Source of the DNA: a virus
Taxonomy: Duplodnaviria > Heunggongvirae > Uroviricota > Caudoviricetes
Strand: one strand, 5' to 3'
Length of the DNA stretch: 64,000 bases
IMG/VR virus record: IMGVR_UViG_3300029466_000004
Location: 9,952 to 73,951 of that record
This document shows positions 55,248-64,000 of this stretch, in pieces; the stretch's first letter is position 1; every line of letters starts with the position of its first letter. Position numbers and translations under genes: made by a program. The notes under the pieces were generated by a model. That model was not told the origin of the DNA, searched no databases, and worked only from the letters and a program-made list of their open reading frames with translations.

Positions 55248-55758
55248 AGTGAGACTGAGCGATGCCGGACTTCGTGATACGGAACGTCAGATACAGGAGT
55301 ACAAGACCGCCCTGAACAAAAAGGCGCAAAAGTTTGCAAAGTCGTTGGCTGACAAAGGGCTTGATGTGGCGAAAGTTCGCTTTGCAAATGCAGAATATGC
55401 CGGTAGCAACGATGTCTCTTGTCGTGTTGAGCAGAACGGAAACATTTGCACCATCATTGCAGAGGGCAAGTCAGTCGCCTTTATCGAGTTTGGTACCGGT
55501 GCGCATCACAACGGATATGGCGGCGAACTGCCGCCCGGTGTTGGTGCGCATGGCTCCTATGGTCAAGGCAAAGGTGCTGGCAGACGTTGGTACTACTACG
55601 GTGACCCCGGTAATGCCGGAACCTATGTGGATACCGTTCCCGTCAAGGGACGGTTGAATTACACCAGCGGTAACGAACCAGCTATGGCTATGTGGGGAGC
55701 TGTTGAAGAAATGGCTTCTCAAGTTGAAGCAACGTGGAGGGAGGTTTGGAATAGTTGA
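55237..55758 (+). CDS. tail component / neck protein
   Basis: structural-module position. Confidence 0.35.
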   Translation: MKIKVRLSDAGLRDTERQIQEYKTALNKKAQKFAKSLADKGLDVAKVRFANAEYAGSNDVSCRVEQNGNICTIIAEGKSVAFIEFGTGAHHNGYGGELPPGVGAHGSYGQGKGAGRRWYYYGDPGNAGTYVDTVPVKGRLNYTSGNEPAMAMWGAVEEMASQVEATWREVWNS

Positions 55759-56156
55759 TTGATTATTTCAATTCCATCTACACGGCTGTTGCTAAGGAAC
55801 TGCGAAAGCAAGTTCCCGGTATCTTCGTTACTAGCGAAATTAGTGACAGCCCTGTTAAGAGGTTTCCGTGTGTGCAGATAGAGGAAAATAACAATTTGCC
55901 TGTGCATCTTGATTCTGCCGATCACAGCAAGTACGCCGCCGTTTCCCTGCGTGTGCGTGTCTACTCTAACAAGAACCCCGGGCGCAGTGCAGAAGCACGC
56001 TTTATTGTTGGAATCGTGGATTCTGTTCTCGAACCCAAAAAGTTCTATCGCAAATCGTTTGCCCCGTTGAATGGGCTGTACAACAATTCCGTCTATCGGA
56101 TTGATTGCAGCTATGGGGCAACAATCGGAGAGGACGGAATGATTTACCGAAACTAA
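55755..56156 (+). CDS. tail terminator / tail completion protein
   Basis: immediately upstream of the major tail protein; C-terminus homologous to 1-179. Confidence 0.4.
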   Translation: MIDYFNSIYTAVAKELRKQVPGIFVTSEISDSPVKRFPCVQIEENNNLPVHLDSADHSKYAAVSLRVRVYSNKNPGRSAEARFIVGIVDSVLEPKKFYRKSFAPLNGLYNNSVYRIDCSYGATIGEDGMIYRN

Positions 56157-56171
56157 GGAGGTAAACATTCT

Positions 56172-56609
56172 ATGAGTACTGCTATCTCCGGTCTGAATAC
56201 CACCCTGTATTGTGGTGCTACCGAGTCTGCATTGACGAAGTTGTGTGACATCAAGGATGTCCCGGATATGATTTCCGATCCGAACCTTCTGGATGCCACC
56301 ACCCTGTCTGATCCGATGCAGAAGCAGATTTTTGGTATTAACCAGTCCGATATTAAGGCGTTTACCGCAAACTACAACAAGGAAGATTACGAATCGGTTC
56401 AGAAAGCTGGCTACGATGAATCTGCCGAAGAGAACCCCGACAAGTACTATGCAATTAAGATGCAGGACGGCTCCGGATTCACTTGGCAGGGTATGCATCA
56501 GGTTGGTCTGTCCGGCTTTGGCGTGGATGAGGTTGTGGAAATGACCATCAACTGCATTTTCCACACCAAGCCGAAGTTCGTTAAGGCGCTGACCATCAAC
56601 GGCGGCTAA
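56172..56609 (+). CDS. major tail protein (second copy)
   Basis: ~85% aa identity to 195-632. Confidence 0.55.
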   Translation: MSTAISGLNTTLYCGATESALTKLCDIKDVPDMISDPNLLDATTLSDPMQKQIFGINQSDIKAFTANYNKEDYESVQKAGYDESAEENPDKYYAIKMQDGSGFTWQGMHQVGLSGFGVDEVVEMTINCIFHTKPKFVKALTINGG

Positions 56610-56693
56610 ACCGCAAAAATCGAATCAATCAAACCGGGCAGAACTGAACATTGGATTTGGTTCTGCCCCTATTTATAAAGGAGAGCATTTATT

Positions 56694-57041
56694 ATGGCTG
56701 CAAAGGTTATCAATTATCATTCCCCCGATGGCAAGAACACTTATGAACTAACTTTCACCCGTGACAGCGTGGAAGCCGCCGAACGTGCAGGTTTTCAGAT
56801 TGGTCAGTACACCCAGATGATCAATCTGCTGTCCAACTCCCGTGCTCTGTTCTACGGCGCTTTCATTGCACGGAACAAGGGCATCAAGCGCAAGGACGTT
56901 GACGAGATGTTCCAGCATACCGAGGAGAAGGAAGAACTGATGGGCATTTTGCTTGAGATGTTCATGGATGCTTCTAAGTCTCTGCTGGCGACTGACACTG
57001 AGGACAAGACCGCAAAAAACGCAACGTGGGAGATTGTGTAA
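56694..57041 (+). CDS. tail assembly chaperone (gpG-like)
   Basis: homolog of 717-1064; conserved slippery AAAAAAC. Confidence 0.6.
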   Translation: MAAKVINYHSPDGKNTYELTFTRDSVEAAERAGFQIGQYTQMINLLSNSRALFYGAFIARNKGIKRKDVDEMFQHTEEKEELMGILLEMFMDASKSLLATDTEDKTAKNATWEIV

Positions 57042-57448
57042 CCGCACAATCTCAAGAATCAGACGGAGAGGGAGAACCGTTTTCCTTCTCCAAGCTGTTC
57101 CACGATGTAGAAGCCTATTACATCTCCATCGGCATGACCTACGACCAGTTCTGGTACGGCGATGTCTGGCTGGCTAAGGTATACCGTGACGCAGAGGAGC
57201 TGCGAGAACGCAGAGCCAATGCAGAAGCATGGAGAAACGGTTTTTACATGGCATCTGCGCTTTCCTCTACGGTTGGCAATATGTTCCGAAAAAAAGGGTC
57301 TAGCCCCATCAAGTACATGGATAGACCGATTCCCCTTACTCAAAAGGAGAAAGACGAGTATGAATACCAACGCGCAGTTGAAGCGCAGGAGCGAATCAAG
57401 AGAATGATGTTCTCTATGATGGAAAGTGATGGTGGTAGCGATGGCTGA
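57026..57448 (+). CDS. tail assembly chaperone -1 frameshift extension (gpT-like)
   Basis: homolog of 1049-1471. Confidence 0.5.
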   Translation: MGDCVTAQSQESDGEGEPFSFSKLFHDVEAYYISIGMTYDQFWYGDVWLAKVYRDAEELRERRANAEAWRNGFYMASALSSTVGNMFRKKGSSPIKYMDRPIPLTQKEKDEYEYQRAVEAQERIKRMMFSMMESDGGSDG

Positions 57449-60400
57449 TGTTGATATTACGAGCTTATCCGTAGAAATCTCTGCGGAATCGCAGGGCGCA
57501 GAGCTTAATATCGACAAGCTCGCTACCGCCATTTCTAATTTGCGGACAAAGGGCAACGTGACAAAGGTCGTCAACAGCCTTGATAAGCTGTCCGCTTCCA
57601 TTTCTGCGCTGAAACAGGCGTCTGCTGGCCTGTCTGGGCTGGACAAAATCACCAGCTTTTTGAATGGAATTTCCAATGTCAACACGACTGCAAGCACAAA
57701 GAGCATCAACACGGTCGTAAATGCAATCAAGAAGATTCCTACGGCAGTCTCCGGCTTGAACGGCGTGGACTTCTACTCCATGTCTGGAAGCATTACTCAG
57801 CTCACCAACGCTTTGGCTCCGCTGTCTATTTTGGACGCATCAAACCTTAAAGCTCTTGGCAGCGCTTTCAATGCGATCGGAAAAGTTCCTGATCTGACCG
57901 ACAAGCTGAAAGCAACAGACCTTGATTCTTTTGCAAGCTCTTGTCAGAAGATTTCTGCTGCCCTTACTCCCCTTGCATCTCAGCTTGACAAGGTTGGCAA
58001 CGCTTTTGCAAAGCTGCCGCCGCAGTTGAGCAAGGTGGTCACACAGGCAAACCGTGTGACTGCTGCCAACGAACGACAGAAAAAAAGCTATCTCAGCCTG
58101 TCTAACCAGCTGAATGGTTTCATGCTGTCTGCGAAAAAGCTGGTTTCGCTGAAAGCTATTGCTGAGTATCTTGGCAAAGCTGTTGCGAAATTCAATGACT
58201 TTTACGAAGCGACAGACCTGTTTCATAATGCTATGGGCAATTTGAGCGGTGAAGCAGATACGCTCATTAGCAAGATGCAAGGCCTGCTTGGAGTTGACCC
58301 GACCAAAGCGATGACCTACATGGCCACCATCCAGAGCTTAGGTACTTCGTTTGGTTTGGCCAGCGACAAAGCTTACGTTCTGTCTAAGAACCTGACTCAG
58401 CTTGCCTATGACGAAGGTTCCTATTGGAACAAGGACGTTGCAGAAACCTTTACCGCAATGTCTTCCGCAATCTCTGGCGAGATTGAGCCTATTCGCCGTT
58501 TGGGCGTTGACTTGTCTCAAGCACGGTTACAGCAGGAGCTTCTTGCTTTAGGCTTTAACAAACAGGTTTCTAGTCTGTCTCAGGCAGATAAGGCGGTTCT
58601 GCGTTACATTGCCATTATGAAGCAGACTGCCAACGTGCAGGGTAATCTTGCGCAGACCATCCAAAGCCCTGCGAACCAGATTAAGATTCTGAAAGCTCAA
58701 CTTGATATGTTGGCAAAGTCTGTTGGTTCTCTGCTCTACCCTGCCATGAAATCCATTCTTCCTCCGCTGATTGCCGCCGTGCAGCTCATTCGAGAGTTCG
58801 TTGAATGGGTGGCAAAGCTGATGGGTGTGAAGGTCGTGTTCACTGATTTCACCAAGAGCGCTGACAGTGTTGGCGGTATCGGCGACGCAATGGATAATAC
58901 AGCCGATTCGACAAAGAAAGCCGCCAAAGCCCTCAAGGACTACACGATGGGCTTTGATGAATTGAACATCATTGACCCCACACAGGGAAGCTCTGGCTCT
59001 GGCAGCGGCGCATCTGCTGGCAACATCTTGGGCGATGTAGACCTGTCCGGCTACGATATGTTCAAGCAGTACAATGAAGAGTTTGCAAAGCAGATTGACG
59101 CTATAAAGCAGAAAATCAAAGATATGCTGCCGGTTATTGGCGCTATTTCTGCTGCACTCGCATTGTGGAAAATCACCAATTTCCTGACGAACATTGCAAC
59201 AGCAATTTCTAAAATGACGGATTTGCAAAAGTTGGCTCTTTCGATTGCAACAGTTGTTGTCGAAGCATCGTTAGTATTCAGTTTTGCAAAAGGCTACGCA
59301 TCTAGTGGAAATCCTCTTGAGCTTTTAGGCGAAGTGGTGTCTGCTGCGTTTGGCTCTTTTGTTCTTTGGCGCACAATGGGCGCGGATGGCGTTACGCTTG
59401 GCATGGGCATCGCTTTTGTGGCGAGCCTTGCAGGTCTTACTTATGCACTTGGTACTGGCGAAGCCAATCTTGGCGATGCAAGCACATGGATTCAGGCTGC
59501 TTTAACAACGGCATTCGGTTCTATTACTGGTATCACACTGCTCACCAATCTTGGAGCAGCCTCTGGTACAGCCGCAACGCTTTCTATCGGTCTTGCAGGT
59601 CTTATTACCTTTGCGGGAATTACATTCTCGCTTGGTGAAAAGCTGAAAGAATTTCCCGTTCTTGACACCATCATCACTGCTCTGATGGGGATTTTTGGCG
59701 GTGCTGCTGGTGCTGGCGTTGCATTGCTTGTTGGTGCAAGCCTTCCTGTTGCTGGGGCCGTTGCCGCTGCTGGTGTCGGTATTGGCCTTGTTCTTCACTG
59801 GGCTGGTATCAAATGGGGCGCTAAAGAGAGCGGCGAAAAAACAGATGCTGCCGCAGAAGCCGACATTAAAATGCATTATGTCGAAAATGTTTTTGAGCAG
59901 CGTATCGATGCCATCAAACAAATCATTGTCACTAAGTGGAACGCTGTCATTGACTTTATGACTTCTCTGCCTGAAAAGGTTGGGAACATCGTAAGTAGCA
60001 TTGGCGAGTGGTTCAGCTCTCTTCCTGAAAAAATCGGCTATGCCCTTGGCTTTGCCGTCGGCAAAATCGGGGAGTGGGTCGAAAACATGATCGTTACTGT
60101 AACAACCGAAGTTCCAAAAATCGTTTCGTCTGTTGTTAAGTTTTTTGAAGAACTGCCGGGGAATATTTGGACTGCAATTCTCAAAGCTCTTGACGTTATT
60201 TCTAAATGGCGGGAGCGCATGATAGCTTTCGTTGTTATTGAAGTTCCAAAAATCATTTCGTCTATTGTCGGCGAGTTCAAAAAGCTTCCTGACAAATTGA
60301 GAAAGCTTGGAAAATTCATCTGGGATGGCCTAATCAACGGCCTAAAAGATGCATGGAGTACCGTTACAAATGGTATTAAGAGCTTCACTGATGGCTTTGT

Positions 60401-61523
60401 CAATGGCTTCAAAGATGCGCTTGAAATTCATTCTCCTTCGCAAGTGTTTCACCAAATCGGTGTTTATGTCGTTCAAGGCCTTGCAAACGGCATCACTGGC
60501 TCCCTCGGTTATGTCAACGATGCTACGAATAAACTCGTAGACGCCACCAAGCTCAAGGGCGAAGAGGTGGTGGATTATGGCATCGAATGCGGTACCGGCT
60601 ACGTCAACGGAATCATTTCCGGGCTAGACTCTAAGTGGGCCGAACTCGACAACAACCTCAAAACCAACTTCTTCGGTACGGTGCAAACTTTCATTCAGGC
60701 CGCGCAGAGTGGCGACTGGAAAACAGTCGGCACTACTATTGCTGCTTCCATCTGGGGCGCTATGGGCGATGAGCAGCGTAAACGCGTCAAGTCCGTTGCA
60801 AGCGATTTGCTTGGCAGACTGAGCAAAGAATTGAAAAGCCAAGCTTCTTCCCTGCTGAATACAGCCGCTACCATTGGCAAAAATCTGGTGAGCGCACTGA
60901 CTCAGAATTTTGGCGCTGCCACACAAAATACGGCAAAGATGGTCGAGAACATTACCAGCGTGTTCACTAAATCGAAGACTCCGCTCTCGACCGCAGCGCT
61001 TGCAATCAGTAAAGGCTTGTCTGGCGGATTACTGAGCCAGTTCCCGAAGATGCTTGCTGGCGTAGCTGGTTTGATTACTACGATTGGCGGCGCTTTTACC
61101 GCCATGCTGGAAGCAATCGGTGGCACGTTGTCTGTACTTGGCATTCCTACTGGCTTTGCAATGGTTGCCGGTGGCGTGGCGATTGCCGCTGCTATCGCAG
61201 GCATTATTGGCAGTATCAGCCGTTCTAACTATAGCGACAGTTCTCAGTATGCTGGCACATCCAGTTATGACTCTACCTATGGGTCTGGTTCGTATAGTGG
61301 CACCTATTCTGCCGCAAGTGGAAACTCCGAAGAGATGAGAGATGCTGTGTACAACGGCTGCTACAATGCATTTCTTGACATCTGGCAGCGGTACGGAGAA
61401 GCAATCTCCGATGGCAGAGATGTGAAAGTGTACCTCGATGGCAAGCAGCTCACTGCTTCCGTTGAAAAAACGCAGAAAGAACGTGGCATGTCCATTATGG
61501 GTACTGAAGTTTACTCTTACTAA
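57441..61523 (+). CDS. tail tape measure protein (1361 aa)
   Basis: N-terminal 40 aa near-identical to the 1464 copy, diverged central region, conserved C-terminus ...GTEVYSY. Confidence 0.85.
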   Translation: MADVDITSLSVEISAESQGAELNIDKLATAISNLRTKGNVTKVVNSLDKLSASISALKQASAGLSGLDKITSFLNGISNVNTTASTKSINTVVNAIKKIPTAVSGLNGVDFYSMSGSITQLTNALAPLSILDASNLKALGSAFNAIGKVPDLTDKLKATDLDSFASSCQKISAALTPLASQLDKVGNAFAKLPPQLSKVVTQANRVTAANERQKKSYLSLSNQLNGFMLSAKKLVSLKAIAEYLGKAVAKFNDFYEATDLFHNAMGNLSGEADTLISKMQGLLGVDPTKAMTYMATIQSLGTSFGLASDKAYVLSKNLTQLAYDEGSYWNKDVAETFTAMSSAISGEIEPIRRLGVDLSQARLQQELLALGFNKQVSSLSQADKAVLRYIAIMKQTANVQGNLAQTIQSPANQIKILKAQLDMLAKSVGSLLYPAMKSILPPLIAAVQLIREFVEWVAKLMGVKVVFTDFTKSADSVGGIGDAMDNTADSTKKAAKALKDYTMGFDELNIIDPTQGSSGSGSGASAGNILGDVDLSGYDMFKQYNEEFAKQIDAIKQKIKDMLPVIGAISAALALWKITNFLTNIATAISKMTDLQKLALSIATVVVEASLVFSFAKGYASSGNPLELLGEVVSAAFGSFVLWRTMGADGVTLGMGIAFVASLAGLTYALGTGEANLGDASTWIQAALTTAFGSITGITLLTNLGAASGTAATLSIGLAGLITFAGITFSLGEKLKEFPVLDTIITALMGIFGGAAGAGVALLVGASLPVAGAVAAAGVGIGLVLHWAGIKWGAKESGEKTDAAAEADIKMHYVENVFEQRIDAIKQIIVTKWNAVIDFMTSLPEKVGNIVSSIGEWFSSLPEKIGYALGFAVGKIGEWVENMIVTVTTEVPKIVSSVVKFFEELPGNIWTAILKALDVISKWRERMIAFVVIEVPKIISSIVGEFKKLPDKLRKLGKFIWDGLINGLKDAWSTVTNGIKSFTDGFVNGFKDALEIHSPSQVFHQIGVYVVQGLANGITGSLGYVNDATNKLVDATKLKGEEVVDYGIECGTGYVNGIISGLDSKWAELDNNLKTNFFGTVQTFIQAAQSGDWKTVGTTIAASIWGAMGDEQRKRVKSVASDLLGRLSKELKSQASSLLNTAATIGKNLVSALTQNFGAATQNTAKMVENITSVFTKSKTPLSTAALAISKGLSGGLLSQFPKMLAGVAGLITTIGGAFTAMLEAIGGTLSVLGIPTGFAMVAGGVAIAAAIAGIIGSISRSNYSDSSQYAGTSSYDSTYGSGSYSGTYSAASGNSEEMRDAVYNGCYNAFLDIWQRYGEAISDGRDVKVYLDGKQLTASVEKTQKERGMSIMGTEVYSY

Positions 61524-61529
61524 GAAAGG

Positions 61530-61916
61530 ATGGTTCAGATGGCCAATATTCCTGCACTGGTTACGGTGAATGGCGTAGAGCTGCCGGAACCCTCCTCTTA
61601 TGAGGGAACGACTAGCACGATCGTGGACTCTGGGCGAAATGTTCAGGGTAAAGTTGTTGGCGCTGTCGTACGACATGACGTAGCAAAAGTCTCCATGTCA
61701 TGGAACTACCTCACCGCACGGCAGTGGGCCGACATCTTGAGTCTTTTCACTACGAATTTTTACTGCACTGTTAAATTCTATAACCAAGCCACAGCCGGTT
61801 ATACCACCCGTCAGATGTACGTCTCCGACCGCACCGGCGGAATGTGGCGTAGAGGGCCGAAAACCGGTGGCGTGATGGGATGGACGGGGTGCAAACTTTC
61901 TCTTGTGGAGGTATGA
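61530..61916 (+). CDS. small tail protein (homolog of 5420-5794)
   Basis: ~80% aa identity. Confidence 0.4.
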   Translation: MVQMANIPALVTVNGVELPEPSSYEGTTSTIVDSGRNVQGKVVGAVVRHDVAKVSMSWNYLTARQWADILSLFTTNFYCTVKFYNQATAGYTTRQMYVSDRTGGMWRRGPKTGGVMGWTGCKLSLVEV

Positions 61917-61920
61917 CACA

Positions 61921-64000
61921 TGGTTGAAGTCTCCGATAAGTGGAAAGAAAAATTTAACGAAACGCTCGTCCCGGAATCTTTTGTAGAGATTACCTGTGGA
62001 ATTACTGAACCTGGCATCAACAAAAAGGCTACCATCGTCACGTCATCGGCGGCCCCGTTCTCCACCTTTCACAATATTGCGCTTTCTGATAACGCTTCCA
62101 TTTCAAGATATTCCACAGGAGAGCCCAATCTCACTGTTCTTGATGGAAGCTGTAGCATCGTTCCTTCTTCTCCTCCGTATGGAACTACTGGTTTTTTGAG
62201 CGCCGAGATTTTTGACGATTCAAGTCACCCTGTTATTCGGCTTGAGCTTCCGAGCGAAAACAAATCTTCGATTCCCGGTGTTTCAATTTGCTGGTCTACA
62301 GCGTTTAACGAATACGCTACAGATTTTTCGGTCAGCGCATATCTTGGAGCCAAAAAGCTGAAAACCGTGACTGTGAACGGAAACAAATCCATTCGTTCTG
62401 ACGTTGAAGTAGAACTTTCCGGGTTTGATGCTGTAGAGCTAGAGGTGCTGAAGTGGTGTCTCCCCGACCGAAGAGTAAGGGTCGAGCAAGTGAAAATCGG
62501 AAGGTATCTGGTGTTTGACAAGACCAAAATCTTGTCCTACAGCCATTCTTCTGCAAGAGACCCTATCTCCGGGCAGCTTTCTCAGGAGTCGATTTCCTTT
62601 AGTTTAGACAACAGTGACCGCGCATGGGACTCCGTAAACCCTCAAGGGATTTACAAGTACATCTATGAGCGCCAGCCTGTCACCGTTCGTTATGGAATGG
62701 ATGTTGATGGAAAGACTGAATGGGTGAGCGGAGGAATGTTCTTCCTGTCGGAGTGGAGCGTCCCTGCCAACAGTATTGAGGCGTCCTTTCAGGCGCGAGA
62801 CGCTTTCCTGTATCTATCCAGCACGAAGTACACCGGAAGAAAATACGGCACGCTCTATGAGATGTGCTACGATGCCTTGGAGCTGTTGGAAGCGGATGAA
62901 ATTACCTTCGATATTTCGGATGAACTGAAAGATTACTCCACCGACATTACAAGCGATGAGTCTACTTATCACAATTCCGATATTTTGCAGCTTGCGGCAA
63001 ACGCTGCTGGAATGGCTTTGTACCAGACTCGTGATGGCGTGATAAAAATTAACAGAGTCTACGGAGCCGATACATCCAATCCCGTGTTGGACATTCCAGT
63101 ACTGAACAATTATTCTTGGCCGGAAATCACCTTTGCTCAAAATATGCTCAACGTGGTGACCACCGCAGGTGGCGTTACCTACGCTTATCCCGAAAGCCCT
63201 TCGGGCAAAGGCGTCAGCCAGACTTTGAGCAATGTTATGCTCACAAAGGACATCCTTGCAAAATCCAGGAATGCCCTTACAGAGTCTTATGGAGTCCTTT
63301 CCAACCGCCGCAAGGCTTCTCTCACATATCGGGCAAGCCCTACTATTGATGCTCTTGATATGGTAAAGATTCACCATCAGTTCAATTACGATGCTGTCTT
63401 GCTGGCAACCAATGTAAAGTACACTTTCAATGGGTGTTTCAAAGGTACTGTAGAGGGGTACATGATGGCAGATGCTCAGGCTATGTCTCTTGACCATACC
63501 AGCGAACAGCTTGGATGGGGCGAGTCCGTTATTTTGTCTGCTACCCTCTCCCCTGCTTCTATTGACTCTCCTAAAATCAACTGGGCAGCTTCTCCCGAAG
63601 GAATCGTCTCCCTTCACGTTCTGACGAATGCAGAAGGAAAATCCACCTGCCAAGTCAAGTGGAACTCTCCGGGCAAGGCTGTTGTCACAGTTTCAGCAGG
63701 CGGCGTCTCCGCAGAATGTTCCTTCGCTACGGCGTCGTACAATCTGTTTGATGTTGCGGAAGGCAGCACCGTTCTTATGAATGAGGGTGGCAACGTGGCC
63801 GAGTTCATCGTTGCAAAACATGACTACGAAAGCGAGCTGAATGGAGTCGGGCGAACTCTTCTGGTTCGAAAACACTACGCGGCTATCATGGCTTGGAGCT
63901 CTACATGGTCTACTTACGCCAGCAGCAGCGTAAACAGCTGGCTCAACGGAGAGTACTTCAACTCTTTCAGCTCCGCCCAGAAGCAAGCTATCGACAAGAC
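61921..64000 (+). CDS. distal tail / baseplate protein, 3' partial (homolog of 5798-7405 with extra C-terminal Ig-like region)
   Basis: MVEVSDKWKEKFNETLVPESF... aligns with MVQPSQKWVEKFSETLVPEMF...; open to the window end. Confidence 0.5.

Overview
The 64 kb window is made up almost entirely of tailed-phage DNA, arranged as two related but diverged elements in tandem. There is no CRISPR array, no rRNA and no tyrosine or large-serine integrase anywhere in the window.

Element A (1-~12.3 kb) is the right end of a siphovirus-like genome. It carries a tail terminator C-terminus, major tail protein, a G/GT chaperone pair with an A_AAA_AAC slippery site, a 1313-aa tape measure protein, tail/baseplate proteins, two collar-domain fiber proteins, a GH25 endolysin, two holin-like proteins and a split sigma-region-4 regulator. 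It ends at an intrinsic terminator followed by a tRNA-like sequence with an aberrant anticodon arm (12337-12406).

A GC-richer five-gene cassette of unknown, low-complexity, Cys-cluster proteins (12.99-15.86 kb) sits between the two elements and ends at a bidirectional terminator.

Element B (15.9 kb to beyond 64 kb) opens with a leftward plasmid-like maintenance operon. This holds small Cys-rich proteins, a Lar-like protein, a ribbon-helix-helix protein with a repetitive linker, ParA, a DUF551 protein and a Rep initiator whose upstream region has five TGTACACC iterons at 21-22 bp spacing. A lambda-like switch follows: two XRE repressors, three TTACGCGAA-GCGTAA operators, Cro and a Rha antirepressor.

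The long rightward early region of B carries HNH, ERF, SSB, RecU-like, a PAPS-reductase-like PP-loop protein, an SPFH/band-7 protein, a Lar anti-restriction protein, DUF551 paralogs, tandem zinc-ribbon mini-proteins, a helicase-loader-like protein and DnaB. A 1.8 kb non-coding stretch with a C-tract/G4 motif and ~14 CGACTATT iterons follows, then a leftward regulatory/moron block with a second Rha antirepressor and a shared operator motif. The packaging/head/tail module of B runs from an HTH protein and small serine resolvase/invertase through TerL, portal, scaffold, capsid and tape measure to the window end. Two RNA/cassette insertions sit in this module: an rtcB gene flanked by ~220 bp direct repeats, and a promoter, tRNA-like sequence and tRNA (anticodon CAT) between TerL and the portal. 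This module is about 85-90% identical to element A.

Taken together — ParA, RHH protein, Rep plus iterons, a small serine resolvase, a second iteron cluster next to DnaB and no integrase — element B looks more like a phage-plasmid than a classical integrated prophage. Functional calls rest on motif recognition and gene order only; no database search was possible.
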